Shown here piece by piece: positions 37,294 through 51,593 of a stretch of 64,000 nt of DNA. Numbering within the stretch: position 1 is the first letter of the stretch; each line of letters begins with the position of its first letter. The stretch lies in the NCBI GenBank assembly GCA_002633005.1, contig NMRA01000023.1, forward strand, positions 1,530,689 through 1,594,688, in the 5' to 3' direction. The position numbers and the translations under genes were made by a program. Source of the stretch: Phoronis australis (Eukaryota; Animalia; Phoronida). The notes beneath the pieces are model-generated. The model did no database searches and was not told the DNA's origin. It was given only the letters and a program-made list of their open reading frames with translations.

Positions 37294-37551
37294 CTGCAAG
37301 AGACAATGGACAACACAGTGTGTATTGTTTGAAAGATCACATGTCAAGAAAAAACAGAAACACTCAAATTTTGCTCCTTTTATTCGTTTTTAGAGTACTC
37401 GTCCAACCAATTAGTGTAGACGAGCAGATTCTTTAAATTTTTGGAACAAATTAACGAACCAAAAGTCTCATTAACTTTCAAAAGTTTGGAACAAGCTTGA
37501 AAACTAATAAAATATGCTAAATTGGCAAGTGCGACATGGTTTAGTTAAGAA

Positions 37552-37756
37552 ACATCTGTGGGAAAAACTGGGTGAGTTGTGGGAAAAACTGGGTGAGTTA
37601 AGGGACACCAGTGGGAAAAACTAGGTGTGTTACGAGCCATCTCATAGGGAAAACTAGGCGAGTTGAGAGACATCTGTGGGAAAAATTGGGTGAGTTGAGA
37701 CATTTGTGGGGAAAACTAACTGGGTGAGTTATAATAGACATCTGTGGGAAAAACTG
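37552..37756. repeat. Degenerate tandem repeat of gtgggaaaaactgggtgagtt
   Basis: About 7 diverged copies between the FN3 and TM exons. Confidence 0.85.
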
Positions 37757-37926
37757 CCCTCTTCAAATAACAGGGTCCACTATGTGAGTGTTACAACTGA
37801 AATTCATCTGCCCAAGGATGTGTTAATTGCAAAACACCATGGACAGAGAACAAGTTTGCATGACTAACAACACATGGTTAAGGTTCTACAATATAATTAC
37901 TTTAAAAGTTCTGTAATATCTAGTAC

Positions 37927-38211
37927 CTGGTATTGCCTTTAAAGTAACAGGTAAAGAGTACATCTCACTGAATGACATTAGACTCATTGAGCGCACCCTA
38001 AACTCATATGACTTTGCCGACTTGGGCTTAAACTGGAGGAACGTAGCTGGAGTTATTTTTGCCTCCTTCCAGTCCTCATCATCTGGCTTGTACTCAACTC
38101 TGTAGCATAAGGCAGGGACGGTCAAGTTCTTAGGAGGGTTCCATGATACAAGTACTTCCTCCGACGTGACCCACTTGACAGTGAGGTCAATAGGGGGATT
38201 TGGACGTTCAC
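37927..38211 (-). CDS. IGSF9: IGSF9/turtle homolog, FN3 repeat 2
   Basis: ttttag|(G)ERPNPPIDLTVKWVTSEEVLVSWNPP...YRVEYK...YEFRVRSMSLMSFSEMYS...KAIP|gtacta. Confidence 0.92.
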
Positions 38212-38586
38212 CTAAAAGATGAAAGCAAATTGAATTATGGTTGCTGAGCAAAGATTCACCAATATTTTTTTGAAATTAATACAGACCTTTGCAGTATGAG
38301 AAAATGATATGAAAGCTAGAAATTATCATTAAAATATTCAGTAGACAATTACAATGTTTTATAAGAAAGCGTAGTTTCAGTTTCAGGCACAAATTCATCA
38401 ATTTTTGTTTGATCAGTGCTCAGAGGCATGGAATATGGATGACTAGCTTTGAGTTGATGGTAACTGCTACACAACTTGAAAACGATTAAGCATGCACTCT
38501 GCTCTACTCAATTCACAACCCTGATATTGTTCTGTCAATGTTTAAGACAAAACTACCACCATTTTTTCATCGAGAACTACCTTTAC

Positions 38587-38667
38587 CTTGAGATATTGCT
38601 AAAGGAGGACAATACTTCTTCCCAGTGCCATCTGTTGGAAGAACCATGGGCATAGTTGGTTCATAGC
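38587..38667 (-). CDS. IGSF9: IGSF9 homolog, putative 81-nt linker exon
   Basis: tttacag|(G)YEPTMPMVLPTDGTGKKYCPPLAISQ|gtaaag; strong polypyrimidine tract; phase 1/1. Confidence 0.7.
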
Positions 38668-41600
38668 CTGTAAACGAAAGAATGAACACACAGGCAATAT
38701 AAGAGAGGTTGTTTGTATTAATGTTAATAAAATTAAACATTGCTGTTGACTTATCACAATCCATATTATAAGAACATATATTTGCATCACCAATGTAAAA
38801 ATAGCATCCACTCTTTTCAACACAATCCCTGATCTTGATTCATCGACCCAGAGTAAGTAGACTCAGCTAGGTCAACCAAATAAGACATTTGATTGGTTTG
38901 TGAGCCAGGGGTCAACATCAGGAACCAATCAGATGTTCATGAGAGTTGACTTGGCTGAGCTAACTCAGAAGCAGCCCTAAAATTAAAGAAACAGATCCCA
39001 ATATTTACACCCGAACAAAGAATATAGTGACCATCGAAAATATGCGACTTTGCTTGGAACAAATTAAAAAGTGAGATAATCAATTACCTGTATATAGAGA
39101 ATAGTAGGTAAGTGAAATACAAAGTTGTTTGCAGTCGAAGTCTTTGTAAAATCAATGTTTGGAGCAAAAAATACACTTTGTGCAAAAATGGTGCTTATAT
39201 GATCATAAACAACATAATCACATTTTAAGGCAAAAATCTGAATCTTCAGCCATTGAAGATTCAGAAAATGTAAACTTTCACAGATTGAAGTTGGACAGCT
39301 TAATATTAAGTTATTTTGATGAAATGTGAAAGAATTTCACAACGGTTGACAGTTACCTTTAAATAAATTATGATGTAAATATGTACAACAGTCATAACCA
39401 ATTAATAAATGATACAGAAATACGATGTGAAAAACCACAACAACGAATTGCTTGACAAAAATGAAAACAATCTACCTAACACGTTAATAAAAGAAAGAGG
39501 CTAAATATGACCCACTACCCCTCAACCAATAATTGAAATTTTTGATAAGAGCAGTGTGACGGATATTACAGTCACCCAGTGAGAACTTGTGTTCAGCAGT
39601 TCTCCACATTCTAGTATCACAAGTTGATATAGTCCATCCACACACATGCATACGTACTTATAGGGGACTAATTATTGTGATTGTCTAGAGTAATGAGAGC
39701 GAGAAAGCAACTCCCACTTGATTCCGACTCAGATTTGGTGGACAGAAATTCACTGCTACATATAGTGGTTCATAAACAGAGGAATAAATCCCACTGTCAG
39801 CCCCTCCAATTGCTCTTTGACATTGGCCGAGGTAGAAATCATTCTACAGCTTCATCAGTCGCAGCCACCCTTAATGCAGCTGCGGATTCTTCATCGCAGT
39901 GGTAAATGTATGGAACCCGAAGTCCTTCATCTATGAACATTTTAACAAGTTTGCCTTTTCCGTAAGCCATTAGTACACCCCATCGCACACTAGTCAAAAT
40001 TTGTCGGCATTCAATTGTTATAGCAGGATAAGTGTTAAAACAAATATACCACTAGGTTGAAACTTCACTTTAACATTACATGGGATCTGTAGGTGGCGCT
40101 GAAGTCTCTCTACCAAAGACATGATCGCTGTCTGGAGGTGTTAGTGAATTTAAATATGACGTAGCTATTTCGAAAGTTGGCTAATAAGAAAGAAATGTTA
40201 CTGCGGCCATGTCAATTTTGCCCCTCTTATGATTTGTTGCAGATTACTAAGAATTTGTTTTACATTCTTGGTATGCCTTCATCCTGTGTTTTAGCAGGGT
40301 AATTGTTGGTAAAAGCTTCTTTTATTGTTGTTAGGAATGAAAAACTCAATTTTGGGATTGTTATGTATTAGACTTCGGAAGCGAGCATCTGCCGGAGCAA
40401 TAAAACAAGAAAATCTTTCTGTTCATGTGACTTTAATACACGTTGTCCTCATAATTGCCTTCCAGAAATTTGCTGAAATCAAGGTGGGTAACTTCACCAG
40501 TTAAATAAATTATGCTCAGAACACTCTGGCATGTATTGAGTGGGACTTAGCTCTGACGGAAGTGTGTTTGAATGCCATGTCAAAATTCAGGTTCATTGCA
40601 GCTGATCTCAGACAAATATATTTTACTCGCCGATGTCACTTTCCTGTTACTTTTTAGTGTTAAAAGTATAAAATATTTACAGTGTCAACTTCCATGCTGA
40701 GTTATAAAATCATTTATTATTATATCTTAAAGTTTGATGCAATTTCTCAACCTTCCTTCCAACTGCAGCTTATTGTATCATGATGCACATGAACGAGATT
40801 ACTTATTGTACATGCGTGTATTTAGGCACATATGATGCACTTGAACAAGATTACTTATCGTATATTTGAATATTTAAGCATATATGATGCACAAGAACAA
40901 TATTACATGCTTACACAAAAAACACCCGTCTGTATAACCCTGTGTGTAATTAACACTTGAGCGGTTCACAGGGCTACACGCATAAAGTAAATGACTAAAA
41001 TTACAGCATTTCCTGAAATGGAGAATCAGTTTTCACGACACATATTCCAACCTTAATGCAGTCTTACACTTTGGTTAGTGAGGAAACAGCATAAAATGAT
41101 GAACTGAGACAAATTGAGGTCCACACAAACACACCCACGTCCACCCACACACACAAACACACACACACGCATAATGTAGCAAGTAAGCATGCGGTGCCAG
41201 TGAAAACTGTGACCCAATTGTATGACGTTACCAATTAACTTCAGCCATTAGCATGCAAAGACCAGGCCACATAAAACAGTTCTCGACTACTTACGATGTT
41301 ACTTAAGACAAAAACCGCAGAAAGACGAAATAATTGAAGGGCAATCAAGACTTGATTATTACAAATACTAGACATCTGACCACATCTGAAGTATGACAAA
41401 GTCAACCTTCTCCAGAGTTTTCGAAACTAAGAAAGGTGTAAAGTACTGTCCCATAATCCTTTGCAGTACCAGGGGCAAAACCATAGGAGCAACAGAGGTA
41501 CAATAATGGTAAAAACTGGGAGGTAGCAGAGTTCGACTACGTCATATATGTCAGTGCACACCAAGTAATCTTTATCTTTCACAGGACTGTTTTCAGTGAA

Positions 41601-43438
41601 GCAATCAAAATGTTAGAATCCAATATAATTATGTACAGTATTAATAACCTTACATTAAAGTTTTAGCGATCACACATTCTGTATCTTATTCATTTGGCCC
41701 TAATGTGTATATTGTATTATTAGTTTGTGCCGTTTATGGTGTAACATTATACTTTATTGTTTGTCCGATGTACATTATTATCTATGCCAGGTGGAAGAAT
41801 AGTTTTCAATTTGTTTTAACCAGCTATGTAAACAAGTTATGTATGCACCATAAAGAGTTTGATCATCACCAACATATTAAATATTCTTAACAAAGTTTTG
41901 TAGAACAGTGCATAACGAATAGTATGTGAAAGTTTCATCAAAATAAGACATGATGTTCCAAAGTTATCAATGTTTGGGCACTTAACATTAGCAACAGCAT
42001 GGTGAATCCCTTAACCTCTTAACAAGCAAAACTTGAGCTTGACAAGGACAGGTTTGCCTTATAAAAAAAGGATGACGGTTAAACTTACATATTTCAGCAA
42101 ACATTTCATTGAATCGTGATAAATATACGGCAAAATACCAGAACATCGGAAAGTCAATTCGGTGAGTAAATTTGCATTGAGACTTTCTCCAGACATGCCT
42201 GCTCACTTAAAGTTAAAACTAACTATACCATGATTGCTCCCACTCTCTGTCCCATGCTGAAACTTGTCTGTGTTTACTGACTTACAGTCCAACAAATATA
42301 AGTGCTTAAATTAAATTCTCTTCTTTTCCCACCAAATTGGGATTTAAATGGGTATTGTGACAAACATCTGATAAAGCAAGGTAAGAATGAGCTACAACTC
42401 CTGGTCTAATAGGCTTGAACACACAGTCCTGTTCTAGCTGTAGGGTACACTATAGTGTCGACAACAACCAGACACTCAACGAATACATAATATTTTATTC
42501 ATTCTCCCAGTGGTTTTACAATAACCAGAACAAACCACAGATCCCATGTTTACTGCAGCCAGTCTCTTCAATCAATAAAAAAATTGTCTCACAATCAAAA
42601 AATGTTAAGTACTTAAGAAGTACTTCTTCGAATGTTAAAGAGTTGCTTGCTTTGGTGTAATGACTTCTTTTCAGGCATATTTGTACTTTCAAAACAACAT
42701 CATCATGAATTCAAGAAAATAACTACGATTTTAAAACTTGACATGTTTCGGTGTCATTTATTATAACATCATCATGCTATTCTGCTTTGCCATAAATGAA
42801 TACAGTTGCAATGTAACACTCAAACTTCTCATGACGACTACACCGCTTTGGCCGATGAAACTAAGCCACCATGACACGCTAACTTTATCAAGTTGGTCAG
42901 CAGCATTAACAAACTGTCAGTCCTCCTCAACCTTGCAAATCATTTCTAATCCAATAAGGAACGAGGCGAGATCGAGATCGTTTTTAGAATAGTAAGTGGC
43001 CTAACATATACTGTTACGTTTTGTGACAGAATGTGTGGGTTTATTTCCTCTATCATAATTTTACAAGGAATGTCAATCACTGTCAAACTGATGTCATACC
43101 ATATCATCATTCCATATCACTGATAATAAATTACGTTAAACAATTATGCATGTAGAAATTATTTTAGTACCACAGCTGTAAAGCATTACATAGGCAGCTC
43201 ATGGGGGAGACAGCGGGAGAGACAACTCCATGTTACTTAGCTGAAGTCCCACTGAGTCGCTAAAAACATTTTTTGTGAATATGTAACCGTTCAAGAAAGA
43301 AAAGGTGCGTAAAAGATCTAGCACAAGTCACTAAGAACAAAAACAGTCAAATATCATGCATCTAAGTGAAAAACCAACACAGACCACATTAGACATGAAT
43401 CTGCAAACCACTGACACCAATGTGCCTTTGATGAATAC

Positions 43439-43519
43439 CTATAGAGGGGGTTAGTGTTGTTGAAAGCGTGGGGGTAGTTTTTTCAGTGTTAACGGTGGTG
43501 CTCGGTGTTGAAATGACAC
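43439..43519 (-). CDS. IGSF9: IGSF9 homolog, putative 81-nt Thr/Ser/Pro-rich linker exon
   Basis: tgtag|(G)VISTPSTTVNTEKTTPTLSTTLTPSI|gtattc; phase 1/1, mucin-like composition. Confidence 0.6.
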
Positions 43520-44147
43520 CTACAACAGATGAAGCTGGTGTGAACATGTGGCACAACAATGACAATATTAGACAGGTCAGATTCTTCTCCAAAATACATA
43601 GGCATAAGCAGACGATTGCTCGTAGTACGTAGTATAAAGTTGTCACTTTCTTTCAGTGACTAAGTTTGCCATCGGCACACAAATATGTAGCATGCAATAC
43701 TTCTTGACAAACATTAACGAGATTAGAATCATCCTAGCATTAATAGGCAATCCTTAATGACAAACAGCAAATCAATGCTCCAGTAAAGATAGCATGCAAA
43801 CGGGAACAGTGTTAAACAGTGGCACGTGTACACTTTTGCATTGCAAAAGTGTACACTACAAGGGGGTGTTCATTGATTTCGAGAATGAAATCAAATGACC
43901 AAACTAGCCACCAGGAGGGGCAAAAGTTGTGCTACAGCGTATTTGTAAACCAACTACAAATCTTATGACTCTGCTGAACGACTATAAATTGAAAGTGCCA
44001 GTAGAGTTCATATATAGACCAATGGGAATGTGTGCGCCTACTTTCTTGTCCTTAATAAAAGGCATTGGTTACCTATTACAAAAGATTACAAAATGTTGTC
44101 CGGGAGATAAAGGCAATATCTTGACTACAGGCACAGCACTTGTTCCA

Positions 44148-44254
44148 TACAACCAATATTGACGGCTATCATTCTGTTCAATACAACCAATATTGACGGC
44201 TATCATTCTGTTCAATACAACCAATATTGACGGCTATCATTCTGTTCAATACAA
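44148..44254. repeat. 34-bp tandem repeat x3
   Basis: Unit caaccaatattgacggctatcattctgttcaata. Confidence 0.9.
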
Positions 44255-46260
44255 CACAATAATGCGTAGTATCGTGGAACTTTTTCGCACGGTTTGGCAG
44301 ATGAAGTTTCCGATACAAAAAATGGAATTGCCAGATCTATTTGATGACTGGCAGGTGCCATTACTCTGCACGATACAAATACATGTGTCAGGTATCATCA
44401 AGCTCTTACATTGTGTTTAATTTGAAGTTATTGAATCTGCCAGGATTTTGCAGATACCAAATGACCGGACAAAGATGACAGAATGCCACTGCATAAAATA
44501 ATTCAGTATACGGGTGCATAGAAATGCATCTCAACGGAGTTATTTGAAAACATCCAAAAGCTTACACTGAATTATCTAAAACAGTTCTGTTCAGTAATAG
44601 ACAACAATTTGATACCATAAGTATGTTTACAATACCATCACCAGAGGGCATAAAGATAGGTCATCTTAACATTACGACAGATCTGCCTGAGCAAACGTGG
44701 AAACTGGTCACTCTGGCCAAACACTTGTCTCCAATGTGACACCATCCATGAGTCTCTTACTCAGATTCTATAACACTTAGACAACCAAAGTCAACTGTTT
44801 TCTAGATGCTTCTGAAACTAACTACATTTGACAGTGCCTGGTTTCATGAAACAATGTGGACTCGACCAAGTTCACTAAATCTATAGCATATTTGTGCTCT
44901 TGTGAAAACATTGATTGTCATTTCTTATGCTGTTTGAGTCTCATTACTAAGTCAATTTTTGGCTTTGATACAAATCGAGAGTGAACTCTACATTGAATTC
45001 TCAATATTATTGAAAATAGGTAGGGACCTTTTCATGCAACGCTCCAAAGTTAAGTCCCTAATTATTATGACTCAATTAAAGGCTCAGTTTTCAGTTATAT
45101 TATGAGAAAATGTCATTAGTTAAAGAGGAACTCACATTAAATATAACATGATAGAAAAATATAACATCTGTTTATACAGAGCAACACAGATATGCAAAAA
45201 AATAGTAAGCTTAGTTGAGTCCCTATTTGGGAGTATTTCATGCAACTAGGCACTGGTTCCAGAGTTGCATGCCTGTTACTTAAACACTTGATCCAAAGCA
45301 GGTCTTGGCATCAACTCAGCAAATGCAACCTGGCATAATTACAAGGTTGTCAAATGGGATCTATTTAAGTTGTCAAACCCTGATAGCAAGAGAAATACCT
45401 GAAGTGAAAAGCTGACAAATTTAGGAATTAATGTCCACCGGGGTACCAGAGATCGCAAGGACAGCATTTTTGGGCTTGAACAAAAAAATAAGAACATCCT
45501 TTGAGCTCAACGATGACTAATTTCCCCCTTCTCGGGGCCCAACAAACTGCAATAAAGCTCGTCTATAACAATTTAAAGCAGACAAATACAATCAGGTTTT
45601 TCTGATTTTTGCTAAACAGATCTGATTTCCCCTTTGTTTACTTTCTATTTACTTCTTGTAGTAATTTGAGTGCATGCTCTGATGTGACGTGGAGACATCG
45701 TGGCAACCTGGAACTTTTACCAGATCGCCAAACGAAGTCTGCATGTCGTTAAATCGAACCCTGCAATGTATTGAAAAAAAGATCTCGAAAACATGACCAT
45801 TGAGCAAACCTTAAGACTTGTTAACTATTTCATTAATCTAGTAAAAAATATGTGCATTGAAAGAAATTGACAAGGACCAGATGGCTAATGTCAACCACTA
45901 AAGCTCGTGATGAAATGGTTACAACGGTCACACGTAGGCAAAAACTACAGCAGGCAACACATTCATGATTTACTTACTAGTGAATCCTGGGATATAGTGA
46001 AAGATTTCATGATGACACAATCAAAAGCTGACTCGTATCAACGAAAATATCTAAGTAAAAACATCTCATTTTATCAACGACTCAGAAATAACGATTATGA
46101 CGGCTTTGCAGATACCAAATTCATCATCAGAATAGTTTAGACTTATGACTGAAAATAAATTAACAGGAATATTAGTATGGTGGCTGAGCCATCCTGCAAT
46201 TACAGTTTTGCCGCCCTTTTAGTGACTTCTGGTAATTTTCGCTGTTAACAGAATAAGCTA

Positions 46261-47218
46261 GTACTGTAGTTGTATTGTCCGATTACTTTTGTCTGGTACT
46301 GTAGTTGTATTGTCTGATTACTTTTGTCTTGTGCTGTAGTTGTATTGTCTGATTACTTTTGTCTGGTACTGTAGTTGTATTGTCTGATTACTTTTGTCTG
46401 GTACTGTAGTTGTATTGTCTGATTGCTTGTGTCTTGTGCTGTAGTTGTATTGTCTGATTACTTTTGTCTGGTACTGTAGTTGTATAGTCTGATTACTTTT
46501 GTCTGGTACTGTAGTTGTATTGTCTGATTGCTTGTGTCTTGTGCTGAAGTTGTATTGTCTGATTACTTTTGTCTAGTACTGTAGTTGTATTGTCTGATTA
46601 CTTGTGTCTTGTGCTGTAGTTGTATTGTCTAATTACTTTTGTCTGGTACTGTAGCTGTATTGTCTGATTGCTTGTGTCTTGTGCTGTAGTTGTATTGTCT
46701 GATTACTTTTGTCTAGTACTGTAGCTGTGTTGTCTGATAAGTTTTTTCTGGTGCTGTAGCTGTATTGTCTGATTACTTTTGTCTGCTACTGTAGCTGTAT
46801 TGTCTGATTACTTTTGTCTGGTACTGTAGCTGTATTGTCTGATAACTTTTGTCTGGCGCTGTAACTGTATTGTCTGATTACTTGTGTCTGGTGCTGTAGC
46901 TGTATTGTCTGATTACTTTTGTCTGGTACTGTAGCTGTATTGTCTGATAACTTTTGTCTGGCGCTGTAGCTGTATTGTCTGATTACTTGTGTCTGGTACT
47001 GTAGCTGTATTGTCTGACTACTTTTGTCTGCTACTGTAGTTGTATTGTCTGTCTTTATTACTTTTGTCTGGTGTATAGCTGCATTGTCTGGTTTCTTTTA
47101 TCTGGTGCTGTAGCCGTATTATCGGTTTACTTTTGTCTGGTGCTGTAGCTGTATTGTCTTACTTTTGTCTGATACTGTAGCTGTATTGCTGTTTGATTAC
47201 TTTTGTCTTGTAGTGTAG
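46261..47218. repeat. 35-bp minisatellite, ~27 copies
   Basis: Unit gtactgtagttgtattgtctgattacttttgtctg. Confidence 0.95.
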
Positions 47219-48059
47219 CAAGCAGACTTCGTTTGGATACAAAAAAAATTGTTTGGGAAAGCCACACGAGGCATTACCAAAAACGTGAGGCGATCATATT
47301 CAACGGTGAATGCATTAAATATACTTGTAAAATAAGATAACATAAGAAGACTTAATGATGCATGATGGACTGTTAGTTATGATAGCAAATATTCAGTACA
47401 GCGTTCCTTTAATGTTCCATCTTGATCAATATTCATTGAAGGTAAATAATACGGTTTCCCTTCAAAAATTACCACATTGATTGCAGCAGACAAATACCAA
47501 CAGACGCTACAAGAAACCATCTTAAACTCTTCACACCATAGTCATAAATGTTTGAATTCAGTTACCAACAATTTGGTAATTCTTCTTCAATTTGGATACT
47601 TTTAATGACAAGAAATAAATACATAAATTAAAAAATTAAAAATTCTTCAATTATTTCCCAAAATAAGTGCTTGTTTACTAAGATTTTGTGTTATAAAAGA
47701 AATATACACAGTTCAAAACCTCTAAAGGTGCAAAAATTCAAAACCTCTAAAGGTGCAAAAATCCATTGTAGGAACATTTGAATAGCTAAAATCGTGCATT
47801 TAGAGGTTGCCCAAAATGACAAAGTATTGAGAAAATCATTGCTTCCTAACAAAAAAATCTCAAAATAAATCATTGAAGATGACGGATATAGAATGTATAT
47901 TTAGAAATTGTCTTCAAAGTAATTGACTGTATGTTTTTTCTAAATGAAGAATGAAATAATTCATTCAGAGTATTGAAAGTGAACTTGGTGCAAATGAAGG
48001 CGGACCACAAGTTACTTCACCCTTAACATCCTCTTACATATTGACGACTCACTACTCAC

Positions 48060-48232
48060 CTTTTGTTTTGGCCTTGACCTTTTCGCTCTTCAGACCATCT
48101 CCTTTTGAGTTGCGAGATAGCACAAAGAACCAGTAAAAGGTATTCGCTTCCAGTGAATAAATGGAATAATCAGTAGCACCATCGGGGATTACTTTCAGCG
48201 AGGTCCAGTTTGGGTTTCCATCCTTAATGAAC
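48060..48232 (-). CDS. IGSF9: IGSF9/turtle homolog, FN3 repeat 1, second half
   Basis: acag|FIKDGNPNWTSLKVIPDGATDYSIYSLEANTFYWFFVLSRNSKGDGLKSEKVKAKTK|gtgagt; FN3 LxxxTxYxFxVxxxNxxG motif. Confidence 0.92.
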
Positions 48233-48580
48233 CTGTCCAGGTCAAGAAAAGTTCAAATTAGTAGGTCAAATAATTAGTAAATGAAACTTAAAAACTAAAA
48301 AACTTCAAGTTCTTAATACCATTACTTCAAATCCTAGTTGGAGTAAATTGATATCAATTTTTAATACCGGAAAGTGTAAATATTAATTTGAAAGTTGAGG
48401 CCTTTGATGTTAAGTTCTAGGTTCTTTTCTTTGAAAACGACGATCCATCTTTTTCAAATTCCCAATAAAAACAGGTAAAAAGCATAGTGTATTTAAAAGT
48501 CATCCCATTAACTTTCTCTGAGAATAAAATAAGTGCCGTCAGCAAGCTTGATGATGGCCAATAAACAGTTCTAATCACTA

Positions 48581-49825
48581 AATAAGAGCTAAGCAGAATG
48601 TTGAAATGTGACTGCACCGCTAACGCTACTGGTATGTTTCTTGGGGGTATTTATTAGGATCTTAAAATGGCCATTAAGTGGCAACGAATATGTTGAACTT
48701 ATGTAAAAATGGGAAGGCTTCGTCAACTCTTTAATAGACACCTATTTCCCTAATATCATGAAAATCCATTATTACACTCTGAATATTAAAGTAGCAAAAC
48801 GCAAAACAAAAATAATTTAACTTAAAAATAGTCACACGGAAGCAGAACGGTAGTTGGATTTGTCTGAACGAAATGTCATCTGAAGCCACATTCATAGAAA
48901 TATGCTTGCCAAATTTCACACAAAGATCCAGCAAGGATTTGGGAGATAGTGTTATGGACACAGAAAACAATTGCCACTAGGGGGTGTCACAGTAATTCGA
49001 CCCAAAAGTTGGTCGTGCTGTTGTCACCAGAAATGAATCTGCCCACAGGCTGATACCAAAAGATTTGAACATAAAAAAGGTGGCATAGAACAGGTTGAAT
49101 CCATTAGAAAATGGGAATGCAATACGCCTCTTGCCACTTCAATAGAAACCTATTTGCAAAATTTCATGTAAATCCACGAAGGAACTTTGAACATAAAGAG
49201 GTAAACCTCAAAAATAAACTTGCCACTAGGGGGAAAAGAAGTAGTCAGAACTGTCCAAAAGTTGTTGTCATCCATAACAATATTGTAGCATCCATAGAAA
49301 AACACTTCCAAGCCAAAGTTAAGAAAGATCCTGTCAAGGGGTTAATGAGATCAGCCACAAAGGCAAACAAATGCCACCAGGGGGCACCACAGTAGATGAT
49401 CATGTCCGAAAATCAACACGATCTTGGCAGGAGCACAATTGCCAAATTTCATAATGACCTTTCAAGTGGTTTGACTGATAAGTGAGGCCTGTGTCAAAAC
49501 CTTGTAAATAATAAAAATTAGAACGGAATATGTCAAACCTGTCCAAAAATGGGAAGGTATTGTCGTTTCTTAATAGAAACATATATGCCAAAATTCAGGA
49601 AAATTCATCAAGGAAATCAGAGGAAACAGAGGCAAATGTAAAACGGACTCTAGGGGGCGCAGTGGCAGAAAATCTGCCACATAAATATCGTCGTCATCCC
49701 TTATCGGCTCCAGGATCATATCTGCTAACTTTCACGAAGTTTCTCCGAGAGGTTTTGGAGATACAGCAGTAAATGCCGGAGGACCATCAAAATATACCCA
49801 AACATATATTTGTGGCAGCATAAAA
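48581..49825 (+). mobile_element. More diverged copy of the same Helentron-like family
   Basis: Same subunit words (ttgccactagggg, aaatgggaagg, aaatttcatg, agaggtaaac, ttttggaga); ends GCATAAAA. Confidence 0.6.
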
Positions 49826-51593
49826 GTCCTTAATTAGTTGGGTGCAACCACTTTAACATTACTATGAAAGTCCTTAAAGAGCTGAGTTGCTCTGTCAGGC
49901 TGTTTTTTACAGCCTACTTTGTTATGAATGTCCAATGCCTCAGACAAATTAAATGATGCATAAACACAACACTTGTCCACTGACTTTCTGCTTCAAAGTT
50001 TAAGGTTATGAAGAACCCTAGAAAAAGTCTGAATTTGGCTCACTTCCAAACATCAAATTTCAGAAATGGCTGATTGGATTCATTATATGATACAAAACTT
50101 TCACACTGTTCTTTGAAACATTGTTAGGAAATTTCTCACTTTTGCGTAAGTAGTTGTCTATAAAAATAGGACTTTTTATAATTTTCATGGATAAAAACTC
50201 AAAAGATGTATAAAACGAATACAAAATGACATTTTAAAAAATAGTAATAGCAATTTTTAGATTTCATATTGAACATTTAAAACAAATGAGACTTGGTTAT
50301 GTTATTGATACCACTGTTTTGTTATCAAGGTAAATTCTTTTTGGTAAATTTTACTAACACATTCACCTGACCCAAATTACTGGCAGATTGGTAAGTGAAA
50401 AATCAAATAATACAGGCTTTCTACTTTCAAGAAATATATGCTTTAAAAATTTATGAAATCTATTATAGTTTTATAGGTTCAATACACAAATCTGTGAATA
50501 TGGTCCTACATAGCATTAAAGCACAGACCACATGGTAGACAAGCTATACTTAGCATGTTTTAGAGGACCGTGTGGTAGACAAGGTATGCATCTTCTCTAA
50601 GTAAACAATCTTATCTTATTTTACCATATCACGAGCATTTTTAATAAGGAGATGAAAAGGGGAATATTCAACGAGGCCAACTACAGACAAAGAACACTTC
50701 AGGCCACTGGATTGCTAGACAGGATTATGGGATTATTTCAAAACGGATTTCCAAGATGTGTAAAATGCAATTTCATCTTAATGCAATCTGCCCAACCAAA
50801 TTACACACATGGGTAATGACAGGAACACTGGTGTATGTTTCCACATGAATGAATACAAGCTGGTAGTAGCAGAAATACATTGATATGGCTGACACCGTGA
50901 GAAAATTGGCAACTCAGGCGAAATGAAGTGTGCAATGATAACTACATTCCGGTTTAACTTAACGATTCATGGCATACTTGATGGGCACGAACAAAAACAT
51001 GTTAAAATAAGTGGCTCTGCCTACGGTGTGCATAAAACAGCATGAAAAGAACAGAACACTGTGGAATTCTTCAACCAATCTTCAAGAAAATTCTAGAACT
51101 TCCATAAATTTATTATTCTTAAATAATTAACGCCAAGCCTAACTGGACTTAATAAACAAATTTTGTACAAGATTGTAAATTACAAAGAAATTACAGTGTT
51201 ATTTTTGATCATTGTATATCATTCAACTTTATTTTCTCCACAAGTTTTACATTTCCGATAATTGTCGTTGCCAAGATTTCACTATTCAAAAAATGTGAAA
51301 AGCTGAACAAGAGGCAAAAATCCTACAAATAACACATGTGACTTGGGGAATTTAAGTCGGCATGGCAATTTAAAGTTAGAATAACCTATTTGGCTGGAAT
51401 TGTTTATCACAAATAAACTTGATGTTTAGCAATGACCTCACATATCGCATGATCACAGTTGAACACTAGTAGACAATCCTTCTCTCTATCACTCTCTCTC
51501 TCTCTCTTCCCGTCCTTCACCTCCCTTACCCTCTCTCTAGCACCCCCTACCAGACTCCCTTACCCTCTCTCTAGCACCCCCTACCAGACATAC

